Positions 1 to 11,799 of a stretch of DNA of 40,834 bases are shown here, in pieces. The DNA lies in assembly GCF_001194135.2 (NCBI RefSeq), contig NC_068988.1:89637140-89677973 (forward strand). The letters run 5' to 3'. How positions within the stretch are numbered: the first letter of the stretch is position 1; the number at the start of each line of letters is the position of its first letter. Under the pieces are notes generated by a model. The model searched no databases, was not told where the DNA came from, and was given only the letters and a program-made list of their open reading frames with translations. The translations under genes were made by a program, and so were the position numbers. Source of the stretch: Octopus bimaculoides. Its lineage: Eukaryota.

Positions 1-872
1 TATATATATAAAGTGCTTTTGTTGTTCCGGTTGGTCTTTTGTGGTTGTTATTACTCTTGTTATTATGGTAATGACCATGTTGTTACTGCTGTTGTTGATG
101 TTGGTGATACTGGTATTGTTGACTATGGCTGTATTGTCAGAAGTCAGCTTGTGATTGTGGTGGTGTCGTTGGTGGTTGTTAAAGTGGTGGTCATGGTGGT
201 ATCGGCACTGGATATGGTTATAAACCGTCTTTTATCCACTAGAAAGAATCATTGCTTTAAACAATATGCCACAAGTTGTACAAGGACAGCATTCTTTCAG
301 CGAATCCTATGGAGAAAATATTTTATTGATAAGGTACGATAAATTTATACTGAGATTATGTAGTTTTAACTTTTTGATTAATTAGGAAAATAATTTAGTT
401 CGAACACGCATTAGCTGCAAAATGTTATGAACTGCAGAGGTATTTCCAACATACATTAGCTGCAAAAATGTATTAACTGCAGAGTTATTTCCGGACTTAG
501 CGCGCCAGATTTAAGACATTTGAAAGGATACACTGAATGTAAAATTGTAGAACTCTACACGTGCTCCCTTTCGGGTGGACGTCTTATGTCTTATTTCTGG
601 AAATTATATTTCACAAATCGACAGACTACGCTGATGATCCTGCAGATATTTACTTATGTAAATTTTAACAGGTGAAACCATGGTACGTAGGTTAATCGCT
701 CTTTTTATTTAGTATTTATTCAGCTGTCTTGCCCTTTTACAGTCTGTTGTGTCGCTAAATTCTTACTGAGAACATATTTATTTCGTGGTTAGATGATTCG
801 GCATCTATTTCTAGCATATAGGAGTTCACTTTTGCTGGTCATTCCTCTTAATTTTGTATGTANNNNNNNNNN

Positions 873-905
<33 letters not shown>

Positions 906-984
906 TTCACTTTTAACCTTCTGCCGTTTACTAGTTTCAGTCATTAGACTTAGGGCATGTTGGGTCACAACCTTTAAGAATCTT

Positions 985-1339
985 TTGCTGAATGAATCGA
1001 CCGCAGGACTTATTATTTTTAAAACCTGATACTCATTGTATCGATGCCTCTTGCCGAACCACTCTATCAGTCAGTGACGGGGACGTAAACAATCGGACAC
1101 CAGTTGTCAATCGGTGATGGGGGACAATCACAAAATTTAACCGCACACATACATACACGGACGCACTAAGTATATACATATACTATGGTCTTCTTTCAGT
1201 TTCAATCGACCAAATCCACTCAGATTGCTCTGTTGGCCTGTGGCTATAGTAGTAGACACCCGCTCAAGGTGTCACGCAGTGGAAATGAACCCGGAATTAT
1301 GTGGTAATGAAGCAAACTTCTTACCACACAACCACATCT
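985..1339 (-). mobile_element. tRNA-type SINE, family A (diverged copy)
   Basis: Reverse complement of the head (gtgtggtaagaagtttgcttc...gggttcatttccactgcgtgacaccttgagc), a central microsatellite and the tail (gtttacgtcccc...ggttcggcaagagg). These match the copies at 2690-3105, 5685-6033 and 10158-10560. Boundaries are approximate. Confidence 0.85.
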
Positions 1340-2689
1340 TCCCAACGATCTCTCTCTCCGTCTCTCTCTGTCTTTGTCTCTCTCTCTCTGCATATACAAA
1401 TTCACACAGATATATGTACGTACATACATATGTGCGTGCGGGTATTGTGTTTATTATAACAGATAATAAACAAGCAAAACACCTGGCACCATTCAAGAAC
1501 ATTTAATATATAATTTATGATACAACCATTGTGCAGAGTAGTTATAATAAATACCTATTTGTTATAACTGATCTACACTATGTCTATATTATAACTTACA
1601 TGTTCTCGGATAATGGCAAATGTTTTATTTGTTCATTTTCTGTTATAAATACATCTACCTGCTCTTTGGTGAAGAACATCTAGCCGCCTTTTTTTTTTTG
1701 GCAATTTCAGCACCGCATTTTGCAGTTCCATTTCAAGCAAGATTTCTAGTGGTAAACCAAATTGAGGACTCGTAGTATTTACCCGTTCCATTTCGTCAAA
1801 TGTTTTCCCACACTGTACAGCACTGGGCACTTATTATACGTAGTACACAACATGGACAAGCAATTCGTTGTCATCTCACTGAAGGATATGCCCATTGAAT
1901 TTCGTGAAACTGATCTATCATTACATCTACACGGAACTAATTATTTGATTTAAAGAAGTTGAAGTGTATACCATCTTCTATGTTAATAAACGCAGAACCA
2001 CCGTAGAATACGAGTAAAATCTTAAATTGTATAGAAACCCTCTTCATAGCCCTCTGCTTGATAAATTTCAATCGGACATTCTAAATATGATTAAGAACGT
2101 AAATAGTCTAATTTTATATCTGATCTGCCTACCAAAGACAACTTACAAGTAATCGGAAGATGACACAACATGCACGTCTTCTGTGATAAGAGTGAAAATC
2201 TACACTCATTTACACACTGTATCATTATATATATATATATATATATATAAATATAACGTTTGATCGCTAAATCCACAAGTGTTTGTTTATTTTCTCTTAT
2301 TCATCGGTGTTGAAAAGTGTAGGCTTGAATCATAAAATACTTTCTCACTTTCCCGAGCGTCAAATACACTTGGCTCTTGGTCATAAACCTGTCTTGATAT
2401 TTTGTTTTTCTATACATTTCAACTNNNNNNNNNNNNNNNNNNNNNNNNNNNNNNNNNNNNNNNNNNNNNNNNNNNNNNNNNNNNNNNNNNNNNNNNNNNN
2501 NNNNNNNNNNNNNNNNNNNNNNNNNNNNNNNNNNNNNNNNNNNNNNNNNNNNNNNNNNNNNNNNNNNNNNNNNNNNNNNNNNNNNNNNNNNNNNNNNNNN
2601 NNNNNNNNNNNNNNNNNNNNNNNNNNNNNNNNNNNNNNNNNNNNNNNNNNNNNNNNNNNNNNNNNNNNTATTCACATTGGCATTGATGC

Positions 2690-3105
2690 ACCTGTGTGGT
2701 ACGAAGCTTGCTTCCCAATCACATGGTTAAGGGGCGTGGGTTCAATACCACTTCGTGGTACCTCGGGAATGTTTCTTCTACTATAGACTTAGGCCGACCA
2801 AAGCCTTATGGGTGGATATGGTACACGGGACCTCAAAGAAGCACGACGTATATATATATATATATATATACATATGTGTGTGTAAGGGTGGGTGTGTCTG
2901 TCTGTGCGTGTGTGAGTGTTTGTGTATCTGTCTGTCCTCCCACCATCGCTTGACAACCGATGTTGGTGTGTTTACATCCCCGTAACATAGCGGTTCGGTA
3001 AAAGTGACTGTTAAAATAAGTACTAGGCTTACAAAGAATAAGTGTTGGGGACGATTTCTTCGACTACACGTATGACCGTTATCAAATGACTGAAAGAAAT
3101 ATAAG
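2690..3105 (+). mobile_element. tRNA-type SINE, family A
   Basis: Head gtgtggtacgaagcttgcttcccaatcacatgg with a B-box-like ggttcaatacc, internal (TA)n/(GT)n, and tail ccaccatcgcttgacaaccgatgttggtgtgtttacatccccgtaac. Aligns by eye to the other family A copies. Confidence 0.9.
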
Positions 3106-4035
3106 ATTAAACGAATATATAATTAACAATAATATCGATATAAATATTTTCCAATATTTATTCATTTAGTAATTATTTACACTGATACCGAATTTGATCT
3201 TGGCGCTAGCTTTTCAACGGTTGCTAAACACAATTAATCGAGTTTTTAACCCTAGGCAAATAGTGAGACCTGCTGATGAGGTAAACTCTCAAAAATAATA
3301 TCAATTTATGTAGGGTTAACTATTTCCTCATTCTACGGTTTCTGCCGAGATGGTAAGTTAATTTCTTCGCTCGTAGCCAGATGTCTATTGTGCCTACTTT
3401 GATTCCAGTGATTGGTAGCTTTCTTAGAGGATTTTCGACTCTGATTTTCACAAAAAATGCTGGCACTGCGTATGATCTTTTATAATTATAAATTAATTAT
3501 AAAATTTTTGATTTACCATTTATCAGCTTTGTTTGTTGGCTACCTGTATTATTGCTGTTATTATTCATTTTACTAAAGATAAAAATTAATTATAACATCC
3601 ATAGATATATATATTCTATATGGCTGATAGTTAGCAAGGTGAGACACACATAAGAAAGAAGGAAACAAAGGACCACTGATGAGGTCACAGAAGTGTGACG
3701 AAAGAACTCTGGCCGAAATAAGATTAAGATTAAGATTAACGTAATATAAAGNNNNNNNNNNNNNNNNNNNNNNNNNNNNNNNNNNNNNNNNNNNNNNNNN
3801 NNNNNNNNNNNNNNNNNNNNNNNNNNNNNNNNNNNNNNNNNNNNNNNNNNNNNNNNNNNNNNNNNNNNNNNNNNNNNNNNNNNNNNNNNNNNNNNNNNNN
3901 NNNNNNNNNNNNNNNNNNNNNNNNNNNNNNNNNNNNNNNNNNNNNNNNNNNNNNNNNNNNNNNNNNNNNNNNNNNNNNNNNNNNNNNNNNNNNNNNNNNN
4001 NNNNNNNNNNNNNNNNNNNNNNNNNNNNNNNNNNN

Positions 4036-4094
<59 letters not shown>

Positions 4095-5632
4095 CTTGGA
4101 AAAAGATGCGTGGCGTTCAATCATATAATAATATAAATAATATATGTATATGCATATATACATACCTATACATACATACTTACATGTATACGTATATATA
4201 TATCCATAGGTGGGCACAGGGCGTAACAAAACGTAAACAACAAAAATACCAAGTAGGAGGACATGGAGTACGAACTTTTTTTGCGAACAACGAAATATCC
4301 TTTTACTCTTTCCTTTTACTCCTTCTTTTCTCACATACTTTTACCTCCTCTTCTCCCACTCTTCTATTATTTTACTCTTGCGCTTTCTCTTTTCCTTTCT
4401 CTTATTCTTTTACCTCCCATTCTCTCTCTTTTCCCCCCTTATCTTATCTCCAAATCTTTTCCTCACCCCTTCACAGTTCTCTGTCTATCACTTTCTCTCC
4501 CCCGCTTTTAATCCTTTGCTCACGTGGCTCCCACGTGAGAATTGGCCATTTTCCTTTCTTCTAACTTGTGTTTCATTCTTTCTTCCTGTTGCAGCTGCAC
4601 AAGAAAGACGTATTCTTATCTGTCTCCTGTCCAAGCATGTTTCTTCGCGTTCGCCACCACAACCGCATTTAGGCTTCGCAGCCCATCCTGTTTTGTTTTC
4701 ACTGTCCTGTTTTTGTCACCAATTTTGACCATCCGCAAAATCCCAAATTGTATTTAATTTGCTTTCCGGGTGCAACTGTTTTATCGAAGGTGTATCTTAT
4801 CATGAATTGCTCGAAATACGGATTAGAAAAACAACCAACGACTGATGAAGAGTCGTTCTTTGTGTTATTTGTTTTGTTTCCCATTTGTTTCTTTTGTTGT
4901 ATATCCGGGTCTTCGCAACTACGTTTGAAACTAAGTAAGCTTTTAAGCTTGTATACTTGCTATAATGCAAAAGTGTCATAAATTGAAAACGTTGCTTTTC
5001 AGAAAGCGAACAAATAATTACACCATTGTAATAGTGTAATTGCAAAACCAAACCATTGTACTATACTTTGAGAATTTCTGATATCTTGGCATCTGAAGCA
5101 GCTGGAGATACAATAGTTTGACCAAAACTACCGGCTATTGCAACCAAAAATAAATATTGAAAAAAAAAAACGCATTTGGCCAAATTTGGACATACAACAG
5201 TTTAACATAATGAAAACGAATTATGTATTTGAGCGCCAGATAGAAAGAGAGAGAGAGAGGCAGACAGACAGACAGAGACAGAGAGAATAAAAGAGAGGAA
5301 GTTTGAATTTCCAAGAAAAGTATCTAATATTATGTACTACTAGAGAAACGAATTGCTATAAATTAGTTATTAATACAATATATTGATGAAACAATAAAAT
5401 AGTCTTTAGTATTATAATAAAAGATACATATTTGGATGTTACTAGCGATCTATACCTAGGCGTATAAATATATAATGTTATTATTCGACAGCTAGTGGCA
5501 CACATCACAAAGATTTATGCCTCCTTTGCCTCTACAGATATCAGAGTTCATACGTATGTAGCTGTCAGAATACTGATGACAATAGTGGCCACTGTGCGTG
5601 TGTGGGTATAAACATGCAAACAATATACATAC

Positions 5633-5671
<39 letters not shown>

Positions 5672-5684
5672 NNNNNNNNNNTAT

Positions 5685-6033
5685 CTTTTGTTTCCGTCAA
5701 TATACTGCGGCCATGCTGGGGCATCGCTTTTAATCGAGCACATCGTCACCAGGACTTACTTTTTCGAAGCCCAATACTTATTCTATCACACTCTTTTGCC
5801 GAACCGCTAAGTTACGGGGACGTAAAGACACCAGCATGGGTTTTCAAGTGATGGTGGGGGACAAGCATACAAACAAACACACACACATATATATACGACG
5901 GGCTTCTTCCAGCTTCCGTCTACCAAATCCACTCACAAGGCTATGGTTGGCCCGAGACTAGAGTAGAAAACATTGCTCAAGGTGCCACGTAGTGGGACTG
6001 AACCCTCAACCATGTGGTTGGTAAGCAAGATAC
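5685..6033 (-). mobile_element. tRNA-type SINE, family A, 3' part (split by the 6034-7557 insertion)
   Basis: Reverse complement of the family A body and tail. It stops at ttggtaagcaagatac (6018-6033), and the missing head resumes at 7558-7595. Confidence 0.9.
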
Positions 6034-7557
6034 GTTATTTCACATTGTTTGCCATAAAGGCAGTACAGAGAGTAGCTGGACAAAACATTAATGAATGAGA
6101 ATGAAATGAAATAAGATGAATACATGAGAGCCGAAACCCAACGCTCGCCGATTGGGCTTTTCTCGAAAACAAATTATCTTTTTCTTCATTTTCAATGGGG
6201 CGGGGTCGTATCTTCTACCATAGGGGGCACGACTTCGGGACATGCAGACGGCAAGTCGTCATCCACCTGCAATAACCCGTTCTTCTTCTTTCTCTTTTTT
6301 CTTTTCTTCCTGGCTTCGGGAGAGTGGAGCTCGTCTGCTTTATCCAGAACCCCCCCCACCTCTCGAAGCCATAGGATGCTTCGGTGGACAACCATTGTAG
6401 CCCGGTAGGGAAGGTGCTTCTTGTAGCTGTTCCGGGGTTTTACCATGGTCGTGAGGGCAGTTTTCCTGATATGACCTGGCTCCAGGCACGAGTGACACGA
6501 CGGGGCGACCCTCCAGTATCACTGGATACCTGCAGCCAGCCATTCTTAGGAAGTCTGGAAATATCATCTTGCCTACGGCCATTGGGGTAATTCGACCGCA
6601 GGAGACATCTTTACATTCAAGGGCCTGGGCCCGCTATCCCCCAGGCCCTGCCAGATGGCATCCCCGATCCATCCTGCCTCTGTGCCCAGAGGCAATCTGT
6701 ATACTGAGGTTCTTATTACTTTCCCCCCACAATAAGTGGGGAGGAACAAAATTCCCTTCACCTCAATGGGCTTGGTGGCAATTCTGCCAGCCTCCTCGGA
6801 GGAACCAAACAGCAACCAGGGAGATGAATTTTATAGCTGGCAGACTGCCAACTCTTCTTCAATCACATTCTTATCGAATAGAGTGATGGCAGTACCATCG
6901 TCCTCTTCTCAAGATCATTAACCCATTTTTGGGTGGGATAACCTGCCACTCCAAAGTAGTGGCACTGTTCATTTTTGCCATGTGCAAAAATAAAAGTCCG
7001 ACAGTTCACAGAAAGTTCAAAGGCAAGTCAAAAATGAAGTCCAAAAAAATTAACAAATCAGTCCAGAAAATAAGAAAAAAGAATAAACAAAGGAAAAGTC
7101 CAAAACAAAAGCAGACAAACAGTTCAAGAAAAGAAAAACAGGAAAGATGGACAGAAAAAACAGTTCACACGGCAAAAAAATACAATGGCCAACAAGTACT
7201 CGAGGCGAACTCGTAGAGTAATGCTTTTGGTAATTGGTAAATTAATCCAATAGCAGATGCAACAAATTCGGGCGAGGATACGCCCCCTTCTATTTGAAAC
7301 AAATACAAAAAAAATACAATAGTTCACAAACAGCAGCTACCAACAGCAGGCGAGATTGTCCCAGACCTGGGCGAAACTTATTAACAAAAATTATTGACAA
7401 TATAATAAATTATGCCCAGCTCAAAAGAAAACAAAACCACCTCTTTCGGCGACCTTCACTGTTTGTTCTTTTTTTATTCCAATGTTCAACAAGCTCACGT
7501 CCAATCTAGTATACAGCAAGGAACTTGTTAACCACGCATGCGCAGTACGCAAGCTAC
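6034..7557 (-). mobile_element. Non-autonomous non-LTR-retrotransposon-like element with a decayed ORF1/gag-like region and no RT, flanked by a 16-bp TSD
   Basis: Direct repeats ttggtaagcaagatac (6018-6033) and ttggtaaacaagatac (7558-7573) match at 15/16. A frameshifted ORF remnant at about 6995-6192 includes C-H-S-C-L-E-P-G-H-I-R-K, with the last Cys one base out of frame (CX2CX4HX4C knuckle, 6497-6457). I saw no endonuclease or RT motifs, and no TIRs or LTRs. Confidence 0.75.
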
Positions 7558-7595
7558 TTGGTAAACAAGATACTTACCAGACAGCCACACATGCG
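7558..7595 (-). mobile_element. 5' head of the split family A SINE
   Basis: The reverse complement cgcatgtgtggctgtctggtaagtatcttgtttaccaa matches the intact head at 10160-10200 (gcaggtgtggctgtgtggtaagaagtttgcttcccaa). Confidence 0.85.
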
Positions 7596-10157
7596 TCTGT
7601 ATATAATATAATATAATATAATATAATATACTAAGGCCTGTAAAACAATATAATATCATTTCTAGGAGATGCTGACTCTGCTCGGAGAAATCTCTGTCTA
7701 TGCTGTTGACGAATGTGAATATCATTGATAGAATTTCTGAAAGGCTCTCAAGAGGCTTATATGAATATAAATGCACTTTCGCACAATGCAGTGGGAATGA
7801 ATTTGAGTAACAATTAAGCTAATTAATAATCACAATTCACTTTAAGGTAATTAGATTTAGCTCTAACCTTTCTATTCTTATATTTAATTCGCTGTGTGAA
7901 CATATGTGCGACAAAACACACGTGTGCGTATACTTACACATTCTTGGATGTTTGTATGAGCGAGAGTACACCCGCCATACAACCTACGCACGATTGTTTA
8001 AACATTCATATCCATTAACGGTTATATCTAATACATTTTTCGCTGTATTGTAATCGTTTCTTTTTTGCATCTGTTATTTTTTATTATTGATCTTCTATAT
8101 AAATGAAGCTAATTTGCTGCTTTTCTTTCCATGAACTGAGAAGATAGGTTACGAAACCTTTATTTTAAAGAGTTATGTCTATTTTTCGACCGAAAAGTCA
8201 CATCTACACTGTTGGATGCTCCTAAACAAGCTAAGTATCCCACCCGTGAGGGATCGATATTAGATGAGTCTAAACAGTTGTAGTGATAAATGACAATTCT
8301 CGTATCTTCCATCTTCCGTCTCGCTCATGAACCAAATATATGTGTGTGCATATATATATATATTTACAGATAAATTCCTCTATTTACATAATATCGAGGT
8401 TTCTTTCTTTCTATTGTTGTCTTTTCTCTCTCTCTCTATCTTTCTCTCTCTCTTTGTCTCTCTCTCTCTCTCTCTNNNNNNNNNNNNNNNNNNNNNNNNN
8501 NNNNNNNNNNNNNNNNNNNNNNNNNNNNNNNNNNNNNNNNNNNNNNNNNNNNNNNNNNNNNNNNNNNNNNNNNNNNNNNNNNACAACTGTGTTGTAGGAA
8601 ATGAAAAGTACTAAGAATGCTCAAACTAACCTACCACAAACATTAATACATAAGCACACGGGCGTTCAGCTTTATTACCAATCGATGATAGTGCAAAACT
8701 GGTGCCCGGTCGGATAACATAAACCCACGAAAATACTTATATTTGCAGGGAGGAGTGGACTCGTAGAATAGTGACCACGTATCTGCCCCTGCGTCAGTTA
8801 GGACGTCTCCAAATCTGGTGGCATTGGTATGGATATTGTTCATCTTGGACCAATGCATACAGAATTAAAGAAATTTCTGGGATTACATAGAGAAACCAGT
8901 AACTTCACTGAAGTCACTTCCTTGGTAATGGACAAATGAATTCTACATCAATTCAATGAGGGCGAATTCATGTAGTCGCTTTCCCTCTAGAAACAGCAAC
9001 TAAAAGTTTCCTCCAAGTTCTACTCGACATCTTCTTCAGATTGGTCAAAAGTTCAAAATTACTTTGTTCTAAACTACTAGTTAATATACAGGATTGCCAT
9101 GAATAGAATATTTTGATTGGAGATCAGTTCTGTCAGAATTAACCTGGAGCTAGACAACAGTTCTCAAATATCTATACGTAAATTATTGTTATGACTTTGA
9201 AAAAACTTTCGAAGTCTGCGTTTCTAGATGATTCTTTTTCATTGAAAACTTAACTTGCTGTCCATATTTCAATTCACACTAAAACCAAATACGAGAGAAT
9301 CGTTAGAGTTTCTTCTTTTTTTCTTTTTTGCCAATGTTAATAATTGGTTCATCTGTTCTTTAACATGATGCTGAACCACAAAATTTTTGGGTTATGAAAT
9401 TGTGTTTAAAAGGGATGAAAGTGTTAACAGTTTTCGTTTGCCAATTTAAAAGCAATTTGTGAAGCTATGTGTAACTTAAGTTCATTCTCAATGGTGATGA
9501 CAGACGAAGTTTACAGGATGATACCACCGGTAAAACGTGACATTTCAATTAGTTTCACAATTCAGTTAAATTTTTAAACAGGTCATTTGGATAAAAGAGG
9601 TAGAACATTTGCCTGAGTCACGAGCAATGTGGAAGACCCTGGAGAAACGAAATAATTTTACTTGTATCATTATCAAGAATCAATTTTGTATTGCGATGCG
9701 TGAAGAAGCTAGCAACCTAGATACAAAGAAATTTTATGATGATATTAAGTTTGCTTTTGTATTCTTTTTAAAGTTGCGTGTCATGGACTACGCTATTGCA
9801 AGCTCCTTTTATATCCGATGCGATCAGTCGAGCTGATTATTTTATAATATTTTACTTTACTTTTTTTGACTCTGATGAATTTAATTATATTATGTACACA
9901 CTACCCAGTGTTTTGTATTCGAAATCCGAACTAAGATTTAGAGAAAATACACTTTGTTTTCCTAAATAATGCAATGTCTTGCTCACTGTTTTCTCCAACA
10001 TTATTTAGAACATTATTTAACAGTATCTAAACAAGATCCTAGCAAAGATTAGCACTTACATAAAGATTAATAAATAGCAAACTCCACGTTCTTCTTAAAT
10101 GGCTCACAAAACGAAAGCAGTTCGGAACTAAATGTTGAAATATGTTATTTCCTGTTT

Positions 10158-10560
10158 AGGTGCAGGTGTGGCTGTGTGGTAAGAAGTTTGCTTCCCAACC
10201 ACATTGTTCAGGGTTCAGTCCCACTGTATGGCACCTTAGGCAAGTAAGTATCTTCTACTATGGCCTCGGGTCGACCAAAGCCTTGGGTGTACATTTGGTA
10301 TACGGAAACTGAAAGACGGCTATCGTGTGAATGCCTCTGTATGTGTGTGTCTGTGCTTGTCCTCCCATCACTACATAACAACCGGTGTTGGTGTGTTTAC
10401 GTCCCCATAACCTAGCAGTTCGGTCACAGACACCGATAGAATATGTACTAGCTTAAGAAACGATTCCTAGTGTCGATTTGTTCGACTAAAACTTTTGAAG
10501 GTGGTGCCCCAACATGACCGCAGTCTAATGACTGACCCAAATAAAAGAATAAAAGAATAT
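10158..10560 (+). mobile_element. tRNA-type SINE, family A (near full length)
   Basis: A-box-like tggctgtgtggtaag, B-box-like ggttcagtccc, an internal (TG) tract, and a tail ending in aaataaaagaataaaagaat. Confidence 0.9.
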
Positions 10561-10804
10561 GTATATTTGTTTCAATCATTAGACCGCGGCCATACTGGAG
10601 TAACACCTTATATACACACACATACACGAGTCTCGTTACAAAGAACGTTCTAGGATGCAGGCAAGAAGCAGAATAACACATAGGATTGAAATTGCACAGC
10701 TTGGCTTTGTAAAGGGTGCTGGTACTAGGAATGCTATTTTTGTATTGAGAATGATAGCGGAATATACGCTGGAGCTCTAAAAAAACGTATTCTTTTGTTT
10801 CATA

Positions 10805-11799
10805 AATTATACAATGGCATTCGACAAAGTAAAACATGACACTTCAAGTATTCTTGCAGAGCCTGTATTAGAACGATTCAGTAAGCATAAAGGTGAATGG
10901 AGATTGCAGTGAATACACTAGCATCAGAAGAGGGGTTAGACAAGTATGTGTTATGTCACTAAATCTCCTCAATTGCTATAGCGAAGATAACTGAAGAGAG
11001 AAAAAGTTGTTAGGGTAGGAAGCAAAAACATCAGAAACATAAGATGACACCGCTTTACTTGCAGAATCAGAAAACGAATTGCAGAAACTTTTGGATGTAC
11101 TGGTCAAAGAAAGTGAGAGGAAGGGCCTGCTCATAAATTGCAAGAGTGTACGGTGGGGACAAAGAAAGGAAGCCCAACTTGCATCTTGAAAATGAACAAT
11201 AAGCAGTTATCAACTTTCAACTACCTTGGTACTTTGATCCGAGAAGATACATGATGTGTGAAGACGGAAAAATGAATAATGTTCGCAAAATCTGCATTCT
11301 CAAAATTGCATAACGTCTTGGGAAACCGTACTCTGAAGCTCAAGACCATGATCCGTATACTAAGCTGCTATGTCTACCCTGTGTTAACGTAGGGAAGCAA
11401 AGTGTGGCTTATAAACTCAAAATGGTGGTGTTTGGAGAACTGTGGGATGAAGTTCTTAAGGAGTATATTGAGGATAGCATGGACGGACAAAATCTCTATT
11501 GAAGAACTGATAGCCCGGGCTGCGGTAAATAGGAAGCTGCTTCATGTTATAAGGGCAAAGCAACTTAGATTTCTTTGTCATATGGTGAGGGAAGAAGGCC
11601 TGGAGAATTTAGCGAGGAGGGGAAAGATTGAAAGGAAAAGAAGCAGAGAAAGGAGGAGGATCATATCGGTATCAAGTTTGACGAATCCTTTGGAATAAAG
11701 AGACATAAAACATCTGAAGTGAATCTGTTACGATAAACAAAGAAAAGACTTATGGCAAGACAGGATCAGGTAGATCCTACATTTTGGATATGGTACTAA
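10805..11799 (+). mobile_element. Decayed RTE-clade LINE, RT core to C-terminus (5' truncated)
   Basis: Hand translation across frameshifts gives YTMAFDKVKH...KVNGDCSEYTSIRRGVRQVCVMS...NIR(YA deleted)DDTALLAESENELQKLLDVLVKESERKGLLINCK...FNYLG...KFLRSILRIAWTDKISIEEL...IRAKQLRFLCHMVREEGLE. These are typical RTE RT and C-terminal motifs, with many stops. Confidence 0.9.

Noticed and set aside
409-492. Possible CRISPR-like repeat
   Set aside because: Only two units, separated by about 6 nt with no spacer, in a eukaryotic context with no cas genes.
615-650. STDYADDP, resembling an RT catalytic motif
   Set aside because: Too short, with no other RT motifs nearby in any frame I could read.
4580-4760. 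Plus-strand acceptor (ttcctgttgcag) after a ~290-nt pyrimidine tract
   Set aside because: The tract looks like a decayed (CT/CTT) microsatellite. There is no good donor and no recognisable peptide.
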